Made by a program: the position numbers and the translations under genes
Part shown: piece by piece, positions 33,686-41,995 of the stretch
How the letters are laid out: each line of letters begins with the position of its first letter
How positions within the stretch are numbered: the first letter of the stretch is position 1
The notes under the pieces: generated by a model
What the model saw: only the letters and a program-made list of their open reading frames with translations
Told to the model about the DNA's origin: nothing
Databases searched by the model: none
Source: Octopus bimaculoides
Taxonomy: Eukaryota
Length of the DNA: 41,995 nt
Direction of reading: 5' to 3'
NCBI RefSeq assembly: GCF_001194135.2
Contig: NC_068983.1
Location: 157,702,662 to 157,744,656 of the forward strand

Positions 33686-33739
33686 CATCAAACTTCTTCA
33701 CCTTTTTAGTATCTTCAATTTTAAACATACTTTTCCAAT
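33686..33739 (-). CDS. EIF2AK1: N-terminal exon (WKSMFKIEDTKKVKKFDG); contains a candidate start ATG
   Basis: Acceptor ttacttctttag, donor ATG|gtaagt, 54 nt, phase 1-1, open in frame with the next exon. Confidence 0.75.
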
Positions 33740-33800
33740 CTAAAGAAGTAACAATAAATGAATTTAAGTTTGGCAAAAGAGTATCAAAATTATCAATGTA

Positions 33801-34672
33801 CAGGGTGCGGTGAATAAATTGTTGTCTAAGTTACTCAAAAATGAAAATAACTATCTCATTTTAACAGATATATTTACCAAAATTACATAAAAATATCTTG
33901 AAATACTGAAGAGTAAATTTATTGAATAAAATCGCCATTGGCTTCAACCACAGCCTCCAGTTGACTTCAGAATCTCCTGCAACTCTTCTGGATGGTCTCC
34001 TTGTTTAAGTTGGTGAATGCTGCCATAATCCTTGCCTTCAGTTCATCTTTGGTGTTACAAGGAGTTTTGTTGGTCTTTCGCTCAACTGTGTCCCACACAT
34101 AATAATGAAGGGTGTTGCAGTCTGGGGAGTTAGGTGGCCAGATGTTAGGGGTGATGTGGTTGCAGAAATTTGTCTGACAGCCATAATTGGGTTCTCCTGC
34201 ATGTGTGGCATGGTGCAGAGTCCTGTTGCCAGACACAGAGTCTTCCAGCAGCCACCCTCTTGACCCAGGACAATACTACCTCCTCCAGGCACTTGATGAA
34301 GGCCTCCGTGTTGAGTTTGGGCCATGTGGGAAGATGAATGGAGGCATAACATCGCAATCACTAGTGATCACTGCAACACCATGATGTTGACTGGATGTTT
34401 GATTTTTATCACTCTCAGAACATGTTCTCAGATTGACACCCAAACACTCTGAAATGTTTGCAACGGAGCTTCTGGTGTGAATGCCAAGCAGTACAGCATG
34501 TTATCTCCAAATTTCTGGCAGAGTGAATTGCATCATGGGGCTGTTTTTCTCACAGACGATGCCCAACTGACCCTACTATACTGTGTAGTTGACAAAATCA
34601 AAAACAAACAATGCAATGTGCATGAACGAAATTAAAAATATAAAATGGTAACAGTTTACCCATCGCACCCTG
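33801..34672 (-). mobile_element. Internally deleted maT (DD37D) Tc1/mariner element
   Basis: TA-flanked TIRs CAGGGTGCGGTGAATAAATTGTT / AACAGTTTACCCATCGCACCCTG. Transposase remnants WQQDSAPCH and WPPNSPDCNTLHYYVW give 37-residue spacing after correcting a frameshift; the third Asp is mutated to His. Confidence 0.85.
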
Positions 34673-35244
34673 TACATATAATGTAGTAAGTAAAATTTAA
34701 ACAAATAACACATGTAAAACAATATATGAAACTAAAACATCATCTTGATTGAATTTTCAGTCAGAATTACTATGAGTAATCTGGTGCTTTTTCCCATATT
34801 AAACAAAGATAACAGATTTGTTATCTCTGTGGGACACATGATGTGATTAGATTACTGTATTGTAATCAATCTAAATCTTTTCACTCATGAGAAGGTTTAG
34901 TTGAAGAAATTGTCTTTAAAGCCTAGTACTTATTCTATTGGTCTCTTTGATGAACTGGGATGTAAACAAACCAACATCCTGTCTTTCCACTTCTTGTAAT
35001 CTTTGCTGTATCTTTTGTCTGGTCCTACACTAAATAATTTTCTCTAATCCTCCTCTCCAGAATTGCATCCCTCATAAATTCACTACCACCAACACTGCCA
35101 CACATTTTAACTAAAGATGTTAACTCACAGATGTTCAAGTGTAAAAATTTACACTTCCTTCTCCAATTTACACTTCCTCTTACTAAAAACGTATACAACA
35201 GAATAAATTAACAAAAACCAAAATAAAATAACTAAGGTACTAAC

Positions 35245-35290
35245 CATCACTTTTTACCAGATTCAGAGGAGTAAGCCTTTTCTTTTGCAG
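35245..35290 (-). CDS. EIF2AK1: Candidate upstream exon (coding or 5' UTR) with two possible donors (35258 or 35245)
   Basis: Acceptor ctccattttcag. The 33-nt form reads AKEKAYSSES (phase 1-1); the 46-nt form reads LQKKRLTPLNLVKSD (phase 0-1). Both join exon 33739 in frame. Confidence 0.45.
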
Positions 35291-35542
35291 CTGAAAATGG
35301 AGACAAATAGAAAGTTAATGCATATATTTCTAAATATTTTTACATTTCATCAGCTTAAAAAAAGCAAAAAGCACCCCCACCAAAAAACCCCCATTCTATT
35401 TAATAAAAATAAAATTAAGTTAACGACCTAGTGACACTGTTCATTATAGATGAGAAAATATATTTTCATAATTTGAGAATATGTCCTGCTTGTATTTTGT
35501 CTAGCAACATGTTATTCACTTTGAATTTTATTTGAAAATGTC

Positions 35543-36000
35543 ATCATCATCATCATCGTTTAACGTCCACTTTCCATGCTAGCATGGGTTGGACGATTTG
35601 ACTGAGGACTGGTGGACCAGATGGCTACACCAGGCTCCAATCTGATTTGGCAGAGTTTCTACAGCTGGATGCCCTTCCTAACACCAACCACTCCAAGAGT
35701 GTAGTGGGTGCTTTTACGTGCCACTGGCATGAAGGCCAGTCAGGAGGTACTGGCAATGGCCACGCTCAAAATGGTGTATTTTACGTGCCACCTACACAGG
35801 AGCCAGTCCAGCGGTATTGGTACGAACTCGCTCGAAAGTCCTTACACATGCCGCGGGCACAAGTGCCAGAAAGGTGACACTGGGCACAGGTGCCATCATG
35901 AGTTCGCTTTCGCTTGCCCCAATAAGTCTTCGCAAGCTGAGTTTCGTGTCCAATGAAGGAGACGACGTTGGCATGGGTGCCAGTCGTCGAATTTAACTTG
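35543..36000 (-). mobile_element. RTE 3' end
   Basis: (CAT)n tail followed by the same UTR as 13656-14097 and 27600-27892. Confidence 0.85.
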
Positions 36001-36179
36001 ATTTCGATTTCACGTGAAAATTATGAAAATATAAAAGAAATAGGGACTGAGTACATTTGCTGATTTAGAGAATCTCATCTGCCTCTTAACTTTTAGTTCA
36101 GAAGCTCCCAGTCAGATTGGATCATTACTAGATGTGCTGATGGAACCCTCTTTAAGACTCCACATTCTTTCAACTCTTG

Positions 36180-36660
36180 TGTGCATCCAGTACAACAATG
36201 ACATATTTACAGTCACTTCCAACAATGTACGAAGCAGCTGATACCACCTTTCACTCTTTAACTTTCCATATCCACATTAGTTATCACATGCAACCTGCAC
36301 ATCCCATGCTAAAACTAAGGTTCACAAACAGAAACCTCAAATACATTCTCCAGTGGGGTCATATCAATCTTGTTTCCTTCAACTGTACTTATGAAGGAAG
36401 CACTCCTGTATTCCCACCGCCCATAACCATGGACATCATAAAACTAAAGCCGCCAAAGTTGCTGCAAATGTTAAGCCTTACAATCACTGATGATCTCTCC
36501 TGGTGGTCTCACACACACAACATAGCAAACACTGCATCTCAAAGACTGGCCTTTTGAACAATACTACAACTTCAAATATTTGCTAGCTCTCAGGAATATT
36601 GCTCCCACATTTGAGATGGAGCAGTTGCTGCACATACTGTCATCCTAGATTGCATCCACA
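36180..36660 (+). mobile_element. Non-LTR RT C-terminal relic (CR1/L2/Jockey supergroup)
   Basis: NLKYILQWGHINLVSFN...LSLTITDDLSWWSHTHNIANTASQRLAF resembles LG.TI..DLSW..HI..I...AS..L.F. Confidence 0.6.
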
Positions 36661-37522
36661 GATATCCTGATTGACTGGCACATAGTCACTATAAACTTTG
36701 ACCTATAGATACACTATGTTCTTACTGTCTTTGCAATTGTTATTACAGTGACTTCTGTTCCTTGGAGGTGACTGGTCTCATACCTTTTCCACATAGTCCC
36801 ATCTGATTCACAGTTCTGTTTTTAATCTCATAAATTACATTATGAGCACTTCCTCTAAGCACCATATTCTGTCTTGTCTCTTGCCAGAATGTCAGCCACC
36901 AGGAATACCCTCCTTGCCCATGATTTTTTTGCTGATGATCAGAAACATCATCTACATCAATTCCATTGATTTCAGAGGGACCACAAAGGCCATGTGCCAC
37001 AATCTCATCATTGTGACCAAAATATATAAAAAAAAACAAAACAAAACAAAACACGGTAAATACCTTGTTGTAACTTCTTTATACAGATAAGATGTAAAAA
37101 ATAAATGTGGCAACATTTTTGATAGGTTTTTTGATCATCAGCAAAGGTTTCAACTTTAGTGTATTAAGAGTAAGTTAAACTGGAAGAGACTGTGTCTAGA
37201 CTATTGACTATGGCTATAAACCACAATTAAGAGGATTAAGTAAAGCAATGTAGATTCACATAAATCATAAATAAGAGGATTAAGTGAAGTGGCCCAGCTT
37301 AACTGGGAATCACAAACTTGGCTTTGTGTGAGCATTTCATCACTCTTTACTGCTTGAACTATATATCATACAGATATTTATTTATGGATGGAGCCCCAAT
37401 TAGGTAGTTAAGAAGTCTGATCTACTGCATTACACCTTGGCCAAGTGTCTTTTACCATAAAAAGCTTCTGCTAAAATCACGAGCAACTAAAATCTGGCAG
37501 ATGAAGCCTATACACACATATA

Positions 37523-37642
37523 CAGTAATATCTCACTTTACGAGGACCCTCTTTACGAATTATTTTTTATTTTCTGTTTACGAGTTTTTGCTTTACAAGC
37601 GTTCTTTGTGAACGAATTAACTCGTATATTGAGGTATCACTG
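37523..37642. mobile_element. Tigger-like mini-MITE (120 bp)
   Basis: TA|CAGTAATATCTCACTTTACGAG ... CTCGTATATTGAGGTATCACTG|TA. Confidence 0.75.
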
Positions 37643-37709
37643 TATCTCAGCAATTAGTAAGCAAAGAGAATACTTGATGTTTCAGTTGCCTCCCTTTAAG
37701 CTTGCTTAA

Positions 37710-37991
37710 CCCATAAAGCGGGTTGGACCACGAGCGTGGCCCAGATAGATGCATTTAATTTATGGGTGTTTGTTGGGGGTCTAATGTCACTCAAACGCTC
37801 TGATACCTCTCAGAATGCAAGAGGACTAATAGTTCAACAAATGACTTTTCAGATGATGTAAAACTTGCCACCATTATATACCAAGAAGATATTTTAACTA
37901 TTTTTTGTTTTTTATGTGTGCATGGCAGTCTCATTTTCACATATGCTCAGCAGTCTATGCTATGTAAGTGCGAATCCCAGCGCTTTATGGG
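37710..37991. mobile_element. piggyBac-type MITE (282 bp)
   Basis: TTAA|CCCATAAAGCG ... CGCTTTATGGG|TTAA. Confidence 0.85.
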
Positions 37992-38899
37992 TTAACTGTG
38001 CTTCTTTCTCTTTTATGGTCAATAGAAGAAACTGCTAAGTACTGGGACCACTATAATCGGCAAAAAGTGTTGCTCTAGCATGGTCTCAGTCCAATGACCA
38101 AAACAAATGTATGTCTGTGTGAGTGTGCATATATATATATATATNNNNNNNNNNNNNNNNNNNNNNNNNNNNNNNNNNNNNNNNNNNNNNNNNNNNNNNN
38201 NNNNNNNNNNNNNNNNNNNNNNNNNNNNNNNNNNNNNNNNNNNNNNNNNNNNNNNNNNNNNNNNNNNNNNNNNNNNNNNNNNNNNNNNNNNNNNNNNNNN
38301 NNNNNNNNNNNNNNNNNNNNNNNNNNNNNNNNNNNNNNNNNNNNNNNNNNNNNNNNNNNNNNNNNTTTGTAGGATTGTGTATAGAGGAATATATTATTTT
38401 GTTTAAAAGAGTTCCAACACTGTCTGTTTTTTATGTTTTATTTATATTCCTGCAAAACCAATGTGGGATATAGAATATGGAATATACAATATATAATATA
38501 AAATAAAAATGGATGGTACTATGAAATAAAGTATTGAATGTCTTATTGAATAGATGAAATATTGAGTGTTCAATATAAAGGATGAAATATATAAAGGCGA
38601 ATACGTATTTTCTATACCTTGTGGTATTTCATCATGGCCGGTATGACAGACTTTAACATATATATATGTGTGTGTTTGTGTCTGTACGATTGGTTTAATA
38701 AATGAAAAAAAAAAGATTTTTGTAATGTATAGAAATTCAAATCACCTGAGTTGAGAATAAATGTAGTTTAGACTACAACATCACTGCAAATAGTGAGTCG
38801 TTGCATAAATAGAAAATTCACAATACTAGCATTGTGGCTGTAAAATACAGTTAAAAATTGAATACAAAAAGCTAAAGCAATATTAATCTTTTCACATCG

Positions 38900-39090
38900 A
38901 AGGCAGCTGGCAGAATTATTAGCATGCTGAGTAAAATGCTTAGTGACATCTTGTGTGTCTTCTGAGTTCAAATTTTGCCTTTTATCCTTTCAGGGTTGAT
39001 AAAATAAGAACTAGTTGAGTACTGGGGTTGATGTAATCAACTTATCCCCTTCACGAAAATTGCTGACTTTGTGCTAAAATCTGAAACCAA
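38900..39090 (+). mobile_element. Family D SINE
   Basis: GCTGGCAGAATT head; GGGTTGATAAAATAAG...ACTGGGGTTGATGTAATC. Confidence 0.7.
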
Positions 39091-39587
39091 CATTACTTTC
39101 CACATTCAAAATATACTGTGCATCTTGGTTTTAGAATACATATACTGCATCTCTCTACATCATCAGACATGACTAAAATGGGTGATGATAGGAAAGGCAT
39201 CCAGTCATAAAACACAACTATAGAAAAAAACGTCTAACTCATGTGAGCATAGAAAATTGGATGTAAAATGCTGCTGAATTCAAAATGCATCAAATAAAAA
39301 TCAGCTCAAAATATGTGTATGTTGATTCTTATTAGATATAATTAATTATATCCATCAAGTTATGTTACTTATGTAATATTAACACTAATTTACATTAATT
39401 ATTGTTCCTTTGTATGAATTTTCATCTATATGGCAGACCAGCAAAGGATGACTCATTCCCTATATGTCCTAAGTTATACAGTTCAACTTCTGGATAAATA
39501 AGTGATGCACTTTCTAAAGAATCAATAATACTGAGAACTTCCAGTATATATAGACTGAATATAGGTAAGAATGGTAATGGTTATTAG

Positions 39588-39976
39588 ATATCATATCTGT
39601 TGTTGGCACTCCATCGCTTACAACGTTGAGGGTTCCAGATGATCCGATCAACGGAACAGCCTGCTTGTGAAATTAACGTGCAAGTGGCTGAGCACTCCAC
39701 AGACACGTGTACCCTTAATGTAGTTCTCGGGGATATTCAGCGTGACACAGTGTGACAAGGCTGACCCTTTGAATTACAGGCACAACAGAAGCAGGAAGTA
39801 AGAGTGAGAGAAAGTTGTGGTGGAAGAGTACAGCAGGGTTCACCACCATCCCCTGCTGGAGCCTTGTGGAGCTTTAGGTATTTTCGCTCAATAAACACTC
39901 ACAACGCCCGGTCTGGGAATCGAAACCGCGATCCTATGACCGCGAGTTCGCTGCCCTAACCACTGGGCCATTGCAC
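39588..39976 (-). mobile_element. Full-length family A tRNA-derived SINE
   Basis: A and B boxes on the minus strand; near-identical to 1-360. Confidence 0.85.
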
Positions 39977-40569
39977 CCCCACGGTTATTAGATAATGATT
40001 AGAATATTTGCTTAGTCCCTAGAAAATATATGATTTGGATCCTGTCAAAATCATTACATATTTTCTTTTGAAACATAATGCCTACACCAGTTAAAATTAA
40101 CATTAAAAACCCAGAAAACTTAGAAGAAATAAATTGAATACCAAAGAAAATCATGTTTCTACTGACAAACAGATGGTTCTCAATAAGAAACATGTTTAAT
40201 TTATGATTTTGTTCTCTGATAAGATGAGAATATAATGTTGTTTGCCTATTGGGGTTGTTGCTGTTTAGTTTCAGGTCAGTCAATTCAAGAAACTTAGGAT
40301 TAGATGCATTCCAACGATGACCATCCTGTCTTTTTTAATCAACTATTATGTCTCTGATACTACAGTAGCTATTGTAGTTTTATATGATCCTTTTTTAAAA
40401 GGGGAGTGATTTAAAGGGAAAATTGGTAATTATTTCTAGTATTACATGCAGTGACCATATTGATGCTCCTTAGATTACTTCAGTGTTTCTATTGAATCAA
40501 GCTAAAGAGGAAGACTCTACTTGGTTGCTTGACCTACAACAAAAACAACCAAATCTTTTTTGAGTTCAT

Positions 40570-41366
40570 TCCAGTCGCATGGCACCTTGGGTAAGTGTCT
40601 TCTACAGTCACCACAGACTACAAACCAAAGCCTTGTGAGTGGGTTTTGTAGATGGAAACTGAAAGAAGCCTGTCACACACACATATGTATATATGTTTGT
40701 GCTTCCTTGTCTTGACATCATGCAATAATTGTAAGTGAGTGTCATTGCTACACAAGTAGTATCATTAATTTTCAATGTTTTGTGCAACACATCTAGTCAC
40801 AAGGAAATATTACCTTGCTTGGAAACAGGTAAGGGCGGGCAACAGCAAGGACATCCAGCTGTAAAAAAGATATGCCTCAATAAGCTCTGACATATGAAAG
40901 AATAGAAAAGTGGACGCGTAAACAATGATGGTGATAATAAGAATGGCTCTGTAAATTTAAAGATAGTTTACTACTCTTTTACTCTTTTTCTTGTTTCAGT
41001 TATTTGACTGTGGCCATGCTGGAGCATCGCATTTAGTCCTGGGACTTATTCTTTGTAAGCCTAGTACTTATTCTATCAGTCTCTTATTGCCGAACCGCTA
41101 AGTGGCGGGAACATAAACACACCAGCATCGGTTGTCAAGCGATGCTAGGGGGACAAACACAGACACAAACATACACACACACATACATATATATATATAC
41201 ATATATATATACATATATACGACGGGCTTCTTTCAGTTTCCGTCTACCAAATCCACTCACAAAGCTATAGTAGAAGATACTTGCCCAAGGTGCCACGCAG
41301 TGAGACTGAACCCGGAACCATGTGGTTGGTAAGCAAGCTACTTACCACACAGCCACTCCTGCGCCT
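40570..41366. mobile_element. Two family C SINEs tail-to-tail (40570-40930 plus, decayed; 40968-41366 minus, well preserved)
   Basis: Minus head AGGCGCAGGAGTGGCTGTGTGGTAAG...GTTCCGGGTTCAGTC, CORE-like CCTTGGGCAAGT, internal (TA/CA)n. Confidence 0.8.
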
Positions 41367-41620
41367 ATTAATTTAAAATTAATAAGATATTTTTAGTCTT
41401 GTGCCAAAATATGTTTTAAGGTTAAAACACCTCGAGAACTTGCAACAGCAACAAATAAAAGGTGAAATCTACCTAATCGGGTGGATTTTGGTCTTTTTCA
41501 GCTTCTTTGCATGCTCTTCTTTCAGACAAACTGGTTATTTATCATTCAATATCCAGAAAAAATCATCTACAACTCTAGGAGCATAAGAAAATTTCTTTAG
41601 TTTAAAATAGCCACTCACAA

Positions 41621-41659
<39 letters not shown>

Positions 41660-41669
<10 letters not shown>

Positions 41670-41968
41670 TGATAGATTCTCCCGTCGAAGACGACGTATT
41701 AGTTTTCAGCTTTTGCCGAACGACCTGCACAAACGATTCGTTTATAATGATCAAATGTTCGTGCTGCACATTGGCTCACTCTCTCCATCAAACCGACGTT
41801 GTCTGAACAGCTGCACGGTGTACCACACGTTAGGCGCCGAGGTGATCGCAGAGCAAAGTGAGATGAAGTGTTTTGCTTAAGAACACAACGCACCACCCGG
41901 TCTAGGAATTGAAGTCCCGATTGCTAGATCATGAGTAGAACACTATAACTACTAGGCCATGCGCCCTC
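41660..41968 (-). mobile_element. tRNA-derived SINE between two (TA)n tracts
   Basis: Head GGCGCATGGCCTAGTAGTTA...GACTTCAATTCC, then GTTGTGTTCTTAAGCAAAACACTTCA. Confidence 0.75.
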
Positions 41969-41995
41969 TTTATATATATATATATATATATATAT

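Larger units (their letters stand above)
424..33739 (-). other. EIF2AK1: Gene span: HRI/EIF2AK1-like eIF2-alpha kinase (15 reconstructed coding exons; 3'-terminal exon outside the window, 5' end unresolved)
   Basis: Manual splicing gives one continuous phase-compatible ORF with GT-AG introns. Motifs in order: HRI-like N-terminal helices (ASLLEFL, DEFQGLR), ERYKLEF, GKGGFGSV, AIK, DEVKTLACLKHKNIVGYNSAW, LYIQMELC, HRDIKPANIF, KIGDFGLA, GTSTYSAPE, SDIYSLG, DPAER. LYIQMELC plus the kinase insert identify the eIF2aK family; the N-terminus points to HRI. Confidence 0.88.

Noticed and set aside
37065-37160. Possible kinase 5' exon (VETFADDQKTYQKCC...KKLQQ|gtattt)
   Set aside because: The FADDQK motif also occurs inverted at about 36930 beside a LINE relic, so it is more likely RT debris; a 13-nt micro-exon cannot be supported.
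8584-38473. Long ORFs in the track spanning N runs (8584-9568, 12030-12602, 21966-22997, 23382-23570, 38094-38473)
   Set aside because: Artefacts of translating assembly gaps; the flanks are SINE/LINE or microsatellite sequence.
1-41995. tRNA genes, CRISPR arrays or prokaryotic systems
   Set aside because: All tRNA-like A/B-box segments are SINE heads followed by SINE bodies; the repeats are TE-derived or microsatellites, with no repeat-spacer arrays.

Overview
AT-rich eukaryotic genomic DNA from a gapped draft assembly (N-gaps at 8730-9283, 12151-12473, 16073-16082, 21057-21066, 22035-22977, 23410-23540, 38145-38365). The repeat content suggests an octopus or other cephalopod (inference). 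One protein-coding gene dominates: a minus-strand, multi-exon eIF2-alpha kinase of the HRI/EIF2AK1 type. I reconstructed 15 phase-compatible exons from 33739 down to 424; its last exon lies left of the window and its 5' end is unresolved. All catalytic motifs are intact, but the vertebrate heme-ligand His and Cys-Pro motifs are absent. The introns are filled with tRNA-derived SINEs, RTE LINE 3' ends, CRE-clade and RTE-X-like retrotransposon relics, mariner/maT/Tigger-like DNA transposons, TTAA-flanked MITEs, a Helitron end and microsatellites. The most unusual part is 20.6-25.0 kb. It holds an antisense CCAAT/E-box/TATA promoter inside a kinase intron, a plausible spliced leader with an ATF4-like uORF arrangement, and a second copy of exactly the AG/GT-bounded 58-nt segment 4 kb away at a duplication junction. 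These are hypotheses from sequence only. No prokaryotic features, CRISPR arrays or true RNA genes were found.
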